From the NCBI GenBank assembly GCA_951406725.2, contig OX597838.1, positions 30,876,001 to 30,940,000 of the forward strand: 64,000 bases of DNA, written 5' to 3'. This document shows positions 1-11,334 of the stretch, in pieces. The position numbers and the translations under genes are program-made. The DNA is from Octopus vulgaris (Eukaryota). Numbering within the stretch: the first letter of the stretch is position 1; each line of letters opens with the position of its first letter. Below the pieces are notes generated by a model that made no database searches, had not been told where the DNA came from, and saw only the letters and a list, made by a program, of their open reading frames with translations.

Positions 1-13
1 CTGGCTGTTGAGA

Positions 14-460
14 TTATAACACCTCGTTATAAACAATGTTCCTTGTTTTTCCTTGTGGAGCATATACAAAAAGGTTTCTTTTGGTTCCTACTCTTGAGCA
101 GTCAACATACAGTTGTCCATGCGAGAAGCAGGGCTCTTCCAAGAGAAGACCAGCTACAGAGAGGGTTTGAGCCTGAGATTTGTTAATGGACATGGCAAAG
201 CTGACACGAAGGGGGAATTGCAGTCTTCTGAATGTAAATGGAATTTCTGCTCCTGATGGAGTAAGAGGAAATCTTGGAATAAAGACGTCATCAGAAAGAA
301 TGATCGCCTCGATAACGTGTGACATCATTTTCTTTATCACCAGTCGTGTTCCATTGCAAAGTCTTGGTTCCAGATTGCGGAGTAGCATCACAGGAGTTCC
401 AACTTTAAGTGCTAATATGTGTGGAGGTAGCCCAGGAGGCTCCAGTGAATTGAGAAATTC
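14..460 (-). pseudogene. Second copy of the helicase C-terminal segment, including the true C-terminus
   Basis: [14 protein letters not shown]...[14 protein letters not shown]...[14 protein letters not shown]...[10 protein letters not shown]. Positions 157-460 duplicate 1971-2294 with 15-bp and 3-bp deletions. Confidence 0.9.
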
Positions 461-488
461 CACCACCACCACCACCACCACCACCACC

Positions 489-520
<32 letters not shown>

Positions 521-689
521 CAACAGCAACTATATCGTCGTTTTGCCGTCTACCATAACTGCCAACAACTACACCACTACTACAACCTCAACCACAACAA
601 GTGACACCAACACTACCACCAACACTACCACCAAAAACAAATCCAATTTTGCACAAGCGTTAAAAATAAAAAAAAAGACAATACTAAAC

Positions 690-1512
690 TTCAAAAGTTT
701 GTGTTTGGATAATATTTTTTATGTAAAAGTTGTGCAACAACTAAAGCATCCGGTTGTGCAAATTCTTTGCACGGGAAACCTGCCCTGTGTGGCGTGTTTC
801 CCCATTTTGTAAATTTGCTTTCGGGCTTTCTTAGCCATTTCTGTTTTGGCGACTTCAAGCCATGAAGTCGTTGTTCTAAAAGAAGGCTGGTCTCCTTGAC
901 AACGTTTACGGCGTTGATTTCCCTACCCTGCCTTCCCCACAGCTTCATGAAGGTGGGAGGAAGGGGAGGAGCAACACAGGTGCAGGTGCGAGCATAGACG
1001 CCAACATCGCCACCACTATGACCACCACCACCACCACCACCACCGCCGCTGCCACTACCACCTCAGCCGTCACTATTTCCATCGCCACCGCCGCCGCCGC
1101 CGCCACCACCACCACCACCATACTATACCTCTGCTCTCTCCTTTTGGCTACTAAATCCATTACCATATTTCACAAGTACCATCGCCATACAATATTGCCT
1201 TCAAAAGTTTGTTTGGATAATATTTTTTATGTAAAAGTTGTGCAACAACTAAAGCATCCGGTTGTGCAAATTCTTTGCACGGGAAACCTTCCCTGTGTGG
1301 CGTGTTTCCCCATTTTGTAGAATTTGCTTTCGGGCTTTCTTAGCCATTTCTGTTTTGGCGACTTCAAAGCCATGAAGTCGTCGTCGAAAAGAACGCTGGT
1401 CTCCTTGACAACGCATACGACGTTGATTTCCCTATCCTGCCTTCCCCACACCTTCATGAAGGAGGGAGGAAGGGGAGGAGCGACACAGGTGCAGGTGCGA
1501 GCATGGACACCA
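690..1512. repeat. Two diverged direct copies (~690-1005, ~1200-1512) of a ~310-bp non-repetitive segment separated by (CAC/GCC)n
   Basis: Both copies begin tcaaaagtttg..ttggataatattttttatgtaaaagttgtgcaac and end ggaaggggaggagc.acacaggtgcaggtgcgagcat.gac.ccaac. Confidence 0.9.
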
Positions 1513-1970
1513 ACTCCGCCACCGACACACGAAGAATTGGAAGAACCCAGACGACAGATTCAGTCAAACGACTACTACTACGGACAACTCTGCCACAAAC
1601 ACCACCACCATCACCACGACGACGACGACGACCACGACCACCACCACTACCACTATCACCATTACCACTACCACCATGACCACCACCACCACTACCACCA
1701 TGACCACCACCACCACTACCACCATGACCACCACCACCACCACCATGACCACCACTACCACCATGACCACCACAACCACCACCACTACCACCATGACCAT
1801 TACCACCATGACCACCACTACCACCATGACCACCACCACCACCATCATCACCACCACCACCATGACCACCACGACCACCATACCACGACGACGACGACGA
1901 CGACCACCACCACCACCACGAAGAACACCACGACCACCACCATCATCACCACCACCACCACCACCAAGAC

Positions 1971-3790
1971 CACAGAGAGGGTTTGACCCTGAGATTTGTT
2001 AATGGACATGGCAAAGCTGACACGAAGGGGGAATTGCAGTCTTCTGAATGTAAATGGAATTTCTGCTCCTGATGGAGTAAGAGGAAATCCTGGAATAAAG
2101 ACGTCATCAGCTTTTCCACATCCAGAAAGAATGATCGCCTCGATAACGTGTGACATCATTTTCTTTATCACCAGTCGTGTTCCATTGCAAAGTGTTGGTG
2201 GTTCCAGATTGCGGAGTAGCATTACAGGAGTTCCAACTTTAAGTGCTAATATGTGTGGAGGTAGTCCAGGAGGCTCCAGTGAATTGAGAAATTCAGGAGG
2301 ATAGTTCACAACTTCATTTATATCTGGAATTGTATCAACAGACTTGTAAGTGTGTATAGTGCCGGGAAGAGAATGCATTAGCTGTTGATTAATTTTGTTA
2401 ACAGCGACGTTTTTTTGGAACTAATATTGCTCTTTCACACAGCCAATTGTGATTTTAGTCGTTTTGCGTGAAGTTGGGAAAGACTTTGTTTTTGAGGTCA
2501 TCTACAGAATTAACAACAGAGGAAAATGACCATATTTCCATTTGTCCTGCAGCATCGTGAGGCATCTTGCCTTCACCAAGTGTCAAAATGTCCTGTGCAA
2601 ACTTTGTGGATATTTTGTCGCTGTGTAGCTGAGCTCTCATGTTAGTGGTGAGACTGAGGATTGTAACATGATGCCACAGGGTAGAGGACTTTAGGTATGC
2701 TTGGACTTCATCTGCTCTAGGGCCTTTCGGAATGATAGGAAGAGTTTGCCTGAAATCACCTGACAACAGAAGCGTTACACCTCCCATTGGAGCCTGACAG
2801 TCTCGGATGTCTTTCAGGGCTCTATCTAATGCTTCCAAAGCTCCCTTGTGAGCCATAGTGCACTCATCCCAGACAATTAGATGACACATTTTAAGTACTT
2901 GTCCCTGATGAGAGCTTTTGTTGATGTTGCATGAAGGCATTTCGGATGCTGCTAAATTGAGAGGGAGTTTAAAAGTTGAGCGTGCTGTCCTGCCACCGGG
3001 TAACAAAGTAGCTGCAATGCCAGAGGAGGCTACAGCTACTGCAATGTTCTGATGCTGCCTAACTTCTGCAAGGAGTAGCTTTGTAATAAATGTTTTTCCT
3101 GTCCCTCCAGAAGCATCGAGGAAGAAGATTCGTCCCTCGCGTTGGCGTACACTGTTAAGAATAGTTCTGTAGGCCTGCAGCTGGTCTGGAAGTAATTTAG
3201 GCTCATTTTCAACAATGTACTTTGAAAGCGCTTGAGTGTCGTAGGTTGTTTCACGAATGACAGCAGTGGGAAGGCTATTTGACCCTGACCTGAATGCTTG
3301 TGGCAGGCCATACTTCGACAATTCATTTCCACCCAGTTTAGCAATTCTGTCTTCAATGTCAATGAGTGTTTTGTTATAGATTTCATTGCTGGTACCCTCC
3401 ATGTCAGGATAGAGCAGTTGAGCTTGGCGCTGAAAGTCTTCAGCCAGGTTGTCTCTATATTTGAGCCATAGAGTGGCCGGATCACACAGTTCGCATGCCT
3501 GTAGTAATACTGCAAATAGTGCCCTGAGACTTTTAGGTGATTGTGATAAAGCAGCCTCTTCTTAAGTTGCATCCCATTGTGCACCATCTTCTAACAGACC
3601 TTGTCGATAGCAGGCTTCTCTGTATGTTGTGCAGACATGTCCATGAACGGTTTTTAGGGCCTGGAAAGACGTTGGCCCTCTGATCTCATGCAGCAGTAGA
3701 CGAAGGTAGAAGCACTCTTGTTGAGTGGGATGCACTGTGTATACTCGCCCAAGGCAAGTGTGAAACTTAATGCCAGGGTATCCATGAACA
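1971..3790 (-). pseudogene. Helitron Rep/Hel C-terminal part (PIF1-family SF1B helicase), frameshifted
   Basis: Fragments in order: GRVYTVHP..FYLRLLL..GPTSF..TYREAC..GLLED (3562-3790), Walker A LDASGGTGKTF, ASSGIAATLLPGGRTA, Walker B WDECTM, GDFRQTLP, LTTNMR (2455-3402), then [47 protein letters not shown] (1971-2378). Frameshifts near 3562 and 2400-2460. Confidence 0.93.
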
Positions 3791-4730
3791 AAGTTATATC
3801 TTGATATCGCTAGTGATAACAATGCTCAAAATATATAACAGACTGGAATTGTAGGCCCGTCTCTTGCAATTTCGATCAATTGGATCTTGTCCTCCCTCTT
3901 GCAGCGAAATTCATTTTTGGACTTTCTTCTATCGAAGGCATTTTAACAAAAATGCTTTCGTAAAGACGGTGAAAATATTGTCAATTTTCCCAAACAGGGA
4001 CACAATTCAATTTTCAAACAATAACCAAAGCCCCTTCTCCGAAAGGGGGAGGGTTACGGTTTACAATTATTTAACAAATGCAACACAACAACGTTTCCCT
4101 GACGAGGAACCAACAAACGTGATTACAATAGTCAAACAGTAATAATAATAACAACAAACCTTTTTAATGTATCCCCATTTATGTGAAACCACTTATTCAA
4201 GTTCAAGTCATTGATGCAATTTTATACGAATTGCGAATACACACACACACACACACACACACATAATAAGGGTGAAAAATTGAATATTAATTTGATTAAT
4301 ATGAATTGAAAACCAGTGGTGTAGCATATAAGACCATAGCGGATCTTCTAACAAAATGGATGACCACTATTAATGGTTCATCTCTGTTATATAATACTTT
4401 CATTTTAATAGTTTCAGTATTAAAATGAAAGTGTCTGCATTACAATAGAGAGATGTTTTTGTTTCACTTTTAACACGTAATACTGAAATAGTGGAGAAGA
4501 TATGATATTGCTGTGGGGTCACCCCAGAGAAAAAGTTAACATTTTTTTGCCGATGACACTCCCCGGACCTTAAGTAAGGCATGTGTAAAATTTGAATGAA
4601 ATTGGTTGTATAGTTCTCAAGTTTTAGGGAAACACACAGACAGACAGACAGACACACATTCTCAGTTTTATATATACAGATATATATATATATATATATA
4701 TTTATATATTTTTATATATTTTATATATAT

Positions 4731-4885
4731 ACGACGGGCTTCTTTCAGTTTCCGCTTACCAAACTCACTCACAAGGCTTTGGTCGGCCCGTGGCTAAAGT
4801 ATAAGACACTTGACTAAGGTACCCTGCAATGAAACTGAACCCGAAACCATGTGGTTGGCAAGCAAGCTTCTTACCACTGAGCCGT
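4731..4885 (-). mobile_element. SINE family A, 5' half only (interrupted by the Helitron in its central (TA)n)
   Basis: acgacgggcttctttcagtttcc...actgaacccgaaaccatgtggttggcaagcaagcttcttaccac matches the 5' half of full family A copies such as 49403-49808. Confidence 0.85.
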
Positions 4886-5920
4886 ATAAATTTTACATTT
4901 CTGTTATATATTCTTCATGTCTAAACGCGCGCGCATGCGTGTTTATTTATGTAGTGACCAAGTGGAAGAAATAGGAGCAGTGGAGGTATGAACAATTACT
5001 AAAAGACCTTGGTCTGGGTGTGCTACAGGTGAGCTTTAACAGTCAAACGCTTCTGTGGTTAGCAACACCTGTCCAAAATGCTCGCTTAGTGACGAAATCT
5101 TGACCCATTTTCACACGCTTTCATTCATGGTTCGATATTTACTACCTTATAGAGTTATGTTTAGCCCCGGTTTACAACGTGTAGGACGGTTAATTCTGTT
5201 GTAACCCACATCCGTCCATCTTGGTTTTGGTAAGAAATTTCAGGCACTTTTCTTTTGCCTGGCATTTATGGCCAAAAAAAGATCATATGTGGAGCTGATT
5301 TCAAGGATTAAAGACAGACAGTTTTTGTGTTCGATCAAGCCCTCATTAATTTTTTGATCTAACACTTGCAAAGAAAGTTGAGGGCCTAGAGGGAATGACA
5401 GCATCCCAGCAAGTTTTTTGGAAAATGGGTAAAAGCGGAAACCCTGATGTGAAAGGATGGTCCTAATGTCACTTTTTGGTTTACGATATTCTAGAAGTAA
5501 AAAGACCTTTGCTTCAGTGCTGAAGTGAATATAAGGATTTCTGGAGCCCTGGAGCAATAAGGTACCCCAGAAGACATGTATGTATCTATGTATGTAATGT
5601 ATGTAAGTATGTATGTATGTATGTATGTATGTATGTATGTATGTATGTATGTATGTGTGTACATGTGCGCGCGCGTGTATGTATGGATGTGTGTATGCAT
5701 GCATATATATATATGTATGTGTGTATGTATGCGTGTATATATATATATATATGTATGTATGCATGCATTGTGTGTGTATGTGTGTATGTATGTGTGTATG
5801 CATACATGCATGCATGTATGTATGTGTCTGTATGTATGTATGCATGTATGTGCGTATGTGTGCATACGTGTATATGTATGCATGCATATGTGTATGCGTG
5901 TGTGTGTGTGTATCTAAATT

Positions 5921-6428
5921 GGTGAGCTGGCAGAATCGTTAGCACGTCGGACAAAATACTTATTGGCATTACTTCTGGACCTTCACGTTCCGAGTTCAAA
6001 TCTTGCCAAGGTCAGCTTTGCTTTTCATCCATTCAGGGTCGAAAGCACCAGCCAAGACCTAAGGTCGTTGTAATCGAGTCGTATCTTAAAATTCATTTCC
6101 ACATTTGACGTGTGGCACACTGTGCCACCTTTCCATGCAATGTCGATTTGGTGGTGGGTTTGACGTATGGAATAACACAAGAATTTGGTTTCTATAAACA
6201 AATCATTTGTGCGGCTCTTCAGGAAGAATTTGCGGAACCGCCATCCGTCGTTTACTACAGGAAATTCTACCATTATATGTGGGTGTTTAAGGTGACGAAT
6301 TGGCAGAAGCGTTAGCATGCCGGGAGAAATGTTTACTGGTATTTGGTTTGTCTTTACGTTCTGAGTTCAAATTCCACCGAGGTCGAGTTTGCCTTTCATC
6401 TTATTCGGGGTCGAGAAATTAAGTACAA
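5921..6428 (+). mobile_element. Two partial, diverged SINE family B heads (~5921-6042, ~6288-6428)
   Basis: ggtgagctggcagaatcgttagcacg...gagttcaaat...gc(c)tttcatc motifs are present in both. Confidence 0.75.
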
Positions 6429-6517
6429 TCATATTTCACCCGAGGAAGCGCCTACACGCAGGTGTTGGTGAAAAAAAAATATATATTCAGCTATATAATG
6501 AGTATAAAAAAATAAAA

Positions 6518-7100
6518 GGCGGCGACCTGGCAGAATCGTTAGGACATCGGGCGAAATGCTTAGCGGCATTTCGTCTGCCGCTACGTTCTGAGTTCAAATT
6601 CCGCCGAGGTCGACTTTGCCTTTCATCCTTTCGGGGTTGATTAAATAAGTACCAGTTACGCACTGGCGTCGATATAACCGACTTAATCCGTTTGTCTGTC
6701 CTTGTTTGTCCCCTCTATGTTTAGCCCCTTGTGGGTAGTAAAGAAATGGGTATTTCGTCTGCCGCTACGTTCTGAGTTCAAATTCCGCCGAGGTCGACTT
6801 TGCCTTTCATCCTTTCGGTGTCGATTAAATAAGTACCAGTTACGCACTGGCGTCGATATAACCGACTTAATCCGTTTGTCTGTCCTTGTTTGTCCCCTCT
6901 GTGTGTAGCCCCTTGTGGGCAGTAAAGAAATAGGTATTTCATCTGTCTTTACGTTCGAGTTCAAATTCCACCGAGGTCTAGTTTATCTTCCATCCTTTCA
7001 GGGTCGATAAATTAAGCACCAGTTGCGTACTGGGGTCGATCTAATCGACTGGGCCCTTCCTCCAGAATTTCGGGCCTTATACCTAGAGTGAAAAAAAATA
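6518..7100 (+). mobile_element. SINE family B, trimeric form (tRNA-like head + 2 body units + terminal unit)
   Basis: Head ggcggcgacctggcagaatcgttagga with B-box-like gagttcaaattcc. The domain gcctttcatcctttcggggtcgat-aa-taagtaccag (resembles the MetaSINE central domain, from memory) occurs three times. Confidence 0.88.
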
Positions 7101-7386
7101 ATTATAAAAGAACGATCTGGTGATATGACTGTAAACCTAGCAGCCTGATTCTGGTGTATGGTGCAGAAACAAATGTTATGAGTTATTATCTAAGCCTGAT
7201 ATCCTTCATCCTCGTGTTATATCATTCGCGTAGCAAAGCAGTTCTACATGGGTATCCAGCGGCGGGATATACTCCAGAGAGAGGGATGAGAAATATACCA
7301 TACTGTAGGATAATATGTGGTGGCGAAATAACGGCATAAGGGTTCTTAAAATGCGCAGTACGTGGAATTTTTACCCGAATCACACA

Positions 7387-7432
<46 letters not shown>

Positions 7433-7582
7433 CCCCAGCATGGCCGCGGCCTTCGGGCTAAAACATTTTTAAGGATTTAAGGATTATAAGGATATATATA
7501 TATATACTTACACACACACATGCACAAACACACACGCACACACGCAGACACACACACACAGACACACAGACACACACACACA

Positions 7583-7645
<63 letters not shown>

Positions 7646-8161
7646 TTATATACGTAGGATGTAAGTGCAATGTATTTTGTTTTGTGTTTTTTACGATGAT
7701 AAATTGACCTGTACTAACTTGACCTGACCTGACCTCATCTGACCTCATCTAACCTGAGTAGAAATGGCTAGAGTGGATTGATTTTTTTATTGAAATGTAC
7801 TGAATGCATGCCACAGCACAGCGAAAAGGAATGTAGATCGAGAAAGGAGAGCGATGATGTCAGATGATGACAGCAAGCAGCGCAGATGGGGACAACGTAC
7901 GATACGTCATTGAATAGCCGGAAGCTAAAATATTTAACCGGAACTGGGTCAACGTTCTTTCATTGAAATAATGAATAAATAGATAAATAAATAAATACAA
8001 GACCTGCTTTCATAATTGGAGGCGGTGGAGGAGGGGGGAGTGGGTGAGAAAGTGGGATTGAGGTGGGGGAGGGCCAGGAAGGAAAACACTCTCTAATTTG
8101 TCGGTTTACAAAGAATTATTTTAGTGATCGGACCAAGTGAATGAAGGAATGTGTTCGCACA

Positions 8162-8228
<67 letters not shown>

Positions 8229-8314
8229 GTATCACCGTCATCATCATCACCATCATCATCACCATCACCATCATCATCATCATCATCATCACCATCACCA
8301 TCATCATCACCACC

Positions 8315-8411
<97 letters not shown>

Positions 8412-8482
8412 CCATCCTCATCACCATCAACATCATCGTCGTTGTCATCGTCGCTGACGTCATCACCGTCGTTGTCATCATC
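8162..8482. repeat. (CAT)n/(CAG)n/(CAC)n compound microsatellite
   Basis: Seen directly; it explains the poly-D/H/S/I/M ORFs. Confidence 0.95.
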
Positions 8483-8523
8483 AACTGTCGACATCCTTAT
8501 ATTGGATAACGACAGAGATCTGT

Positions 8524-8565
<42 letters not shown>

Positions 8566-8963
8566 TGTCTGTGTGTGTGTGTGTGTGTGTATGTGTCTGT
8601 GTATCTGTGTTAGTGTGAGAGTGTGTCAGTGAGTGTATACCATGGACGTACGCATGTGTGTGTGTGTGTGTGTGTGTAACATACAACCAGTACAACCAGA
8701 CGTGAGTGGGTCTGCGTAGTGAAGACCGGGGCAAGTTGACTACAGGCGCAAGTTGACACATTTTTCTCTAGAGAAAATGCGAAACTACTTTCGGACGATT
8801 TAATGGCATCACAGTAGTGCCGTTAGTATAAGCTTCCCCCTCATTCGATTTCGTCGCCGTTGTGAGAGTTAATTATATTATTATAATCTTATCAGCTTTC
8901 ATAAGTTCTATTTTAGGTAGAATTCAAGCTATTAACCAATCTAGCTTACAATTAATTATAGTA

Positions 8964-9104
8964 TAAGGTTGTCTCAAAAGTTCGTAGAAAGTCTTGGAAA
9001 ATAATGGTCTTTATTTTGAGGAATAATTTTTGTTGCTTTTGTTAGTACTTGGCGAGTAAAAATTCAATTTTCGCAAGTGTTTACGAACTTTTGGGACAAC
9101 CTAA
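8964..9104. mobile_element. Mariner-type MITE (~141 bp) nested in the pogo-like element
   Basis: TIRs taaggttgtctcaaaagttcgta / tacgaacttttgggacaacctaa, with TA on both sides (8962-8963 and 9105-9106). Confidence 0.8.
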
Positions 9105-9213
9105 TATATTCATCAATTTCACACTTAGGATGAATATTATCAATCTGTTTTATCAATAATTTTCTTATATTTAATTATCTACTAATTTATACAACTATTA
9201 TACACGCGGACAA

Positions 9214-9444
9214 CATTGGAATTTTCGCAAGAATCCATTTGTATAGGGTCGTGAGAGATATTTTACTAACTCCTTAAGATTTAACACACATAATGCAGTC
9301 TTAATATCCAAAATAGATATTTTCGACATTTTTGATAATTAGCTATTTTGGATATTAAGACTGCATTATGTGTATTAAACCTTGAGGAGTTAGTAAAATA
9401 TCTCTCACGAACCTATACAAATGGGTTCTTGCGAAACTCTAGTG
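9214..9444. mobile_element. Foldback MITE-like element with ~100-bp arms and ~25-bp spacer
   Basis: tttcgcaagaatccatttgtatagggtcgtgagagatattttactaactcc...ccaaaatag is the near-perfect reverse complement of ctattttgg...ggagttagtaaaatatctctcacgaacctatacaaatgggttcttgcgaaa. Confidence 0.8.
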
Positions 9445-10281
9445 GTTTTCTCTCAGTGTTTACATTTACGAGGGAAATGGGGTCGGGGCAAGTTGACACA
9501 TGTAAACAGGGGCTCGTTGACACTGTGTGTCAATTTGCCCCGACCTGTGATAAAGTTGTTGTAGGTTGCTTACATTGATTCACAGACTGTATCAATTCCC
9601 ATTTTAACTAAGAGTATTTGTTTCATGTCTGGTACATTGGATCAATTCATTGAGTAATTTATGTATTGCTTGCTATAGTTTTAGATCAGCTGTCTTTATC
9701 AATACTAACCTATTCAATCTTCATACCGCAACATACTTAGTCAACCGCTTGTAACCTGCCTCAGCCTTGTAACCTGTACCACTGATTTATAAGCATGAAG
9801 TTATGCCGTGACCAGGCATGCTTGAAACTAAAAAGTAGGCAAACACTCAGAGCTTTGTTTTGCTTTCACTGTTGGATTATGCAATGAGCTAAATTGCTTT
9901 TTTTCTCTCCCCCTCTCTCTCTTTACAGACCTAGATCTACAATCGTCATGGTGCGACACTACCAACGCAAAAGCGAGAGGGCAACCATTCCACAGGCTAT
10001 TCAACAGGCCCGAGCTCGTGTCGTCTCCTTGCTGGAAGCTTCGAGGACATTTGGCATCCCTTTAAAATCTCTGTCTCGCTACTGTACCAAGGCCGCTGAA
10101 GCAAACAACAACGATCACAGTCTTAGTGGATACAAAAAAGCCACGGCAAGTTCTCACCGACGAGTTCGAGAATCAGTAAGAGGCTTATGTTTCGGCTGCC
10201 GCAGAAATTTACTATGGGCTTGCTCCAAAGGATGTGCGGAAATTGGCTTTTCAGATGGCAAAGGCACATGGATGTAATATA

Positions 10282-10663
10282 GGAGCACTCCGTCGGTTGC
10301 GACGATGAGGGTCCCAGCTGATACGATCAACGGAACAGCTTGCTCGTGATATTAACGTGCAAGTGGCTGAGCACTCCACAGACACGTGTACCCTTAACGT
10401 AGTTCTCGAGGAGATTCAGAGTGACACAGAGAGTGACAAGGCCGGCCCTTTGAAATACAGGTACAAGAGAAACAGGAAGAAAGAGCGAGAGAAAGTTGTG
10501 GTGAAAGAATACAGCAGGGTTCACCACCACCCCCTGCCGGAGCCTCGTGGAACTTTAGGTGTTTTCGCTCAATAAACACTCACAATGCCCGGTCTGGGAA
10601 TCGAAACCGCGATCCTCCGACCGCGAGTCCGCTGCCCTAACCACTGGGCCATTGCACCTCCAC
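10282..10663 (-). mobile_element. SINE family C (tRNA-derived head), full length, with TSD
   Basis: Minus-strand head tggaggtgcaatggcccagtggttagggcagcggactcgcggtc..ggtttcgattccc with A and B boxes. TSD ggatgtaatat at 10270-10280 and 10664-10674. Confidence 0.9.
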
Positions 10664-10920
10664 GGATGTAATATCCTTCCATGATCGTTTATGACATTCC
10701 GTGTATTGTCAAATCTGCTTGACCATTGACTGCAACTCCGACGAACATTCTTAGTGGCTTTTCTTCTACATTTTCACAGACAGCGACTTTGCACCAAGCT
10801 ATGTCACCGACAGACTGGATCCGACACTTTCAGCACCTGGGCCTTCAGCACCTGAAACACCTGGGCCTTCAAGCAACATAGCCGCCAGGTCTATTCTTTC
10901 ACCATTTAAAATCCGTCCAC

Positions 10921-11334
10921 AGGAGTGGCTGTGTGGTAAGTAGCTTGCTAACCAACCACATGGTTCCGGGTTCAGTCCCACTGCGTGGCATCTTGGGCAA
11001 GTGTCTTCTGCTATAGCCTCGGGCCGACCAATGCCTTGTGAGGGGATTTTATAGACGGAAACTGAAAGAAGCCTGTCGTATATATGTATATATATATATA
11101 AGTGTGTGTGTATGTGTTTGTGTGTCTGTGTTTGTCCCCCTAGCATTGCTTGACAACCGATGCTGGTGTGTTTACGTCCCCGTCACCTAGCGGTTCGGCA
11201 AAAGAGACCGATAGAATAAGTACTGGGCTTACAAAGAATAAGTCCCGGGGTCGATTTGCTCGACTAAAGGTGGTGCTCCAGCATGACCGCAGTCAAATGA
11301 CTGAAACAAGTAAAAGAGTAAAAGAGTAAAAGAG
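10921..11334 (+). mobile_element. SINE family A (tRNA head, CORE-like segment, central microsatellite, (GTAAAAGA)n tail)
   Basis: ggagtggctgtgtggtaag..ggttccgggttcagtccc..cttgggcaagtgtc..ctgaaacaagtaaaagagtaaaagag. It interrupts the transposase codons IRP|LPKAG. Confidence 0.9.

Larger units (their letters stand above)
14..4680 (-). mobile_element. Helitron, non-autonomous and internally deleted; 3' end lies left of the window
   Basis: The minus strand starts A|TCTGTATATATAAAACTGAGAATGTGTGTCTGTCTGTCTG...AACTATACAACCAATTTCATTCAAATTTT at 4680, the typical Helitron 5' TC end followed by a (GTCT)n subterminal tract. Rep/helicase remnants follow downstream. Confidence 0.85.

Noticed and set aside
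180-812. Plus-strand ORFs 180-812 and 1996-2304
   Set aside because: Antisense shadows of the Helitron helicase frame.
14-3790. Host PIF1 helicase gene
   Set aside because: Intronless, frameshifted, preceded by Rep-linked motifs and a Helitron 5' terminus.
8093-8761. Poly-Asp/His/Ser ORFs
   Set aside because: Translations of (CAT)n and (GT)n.
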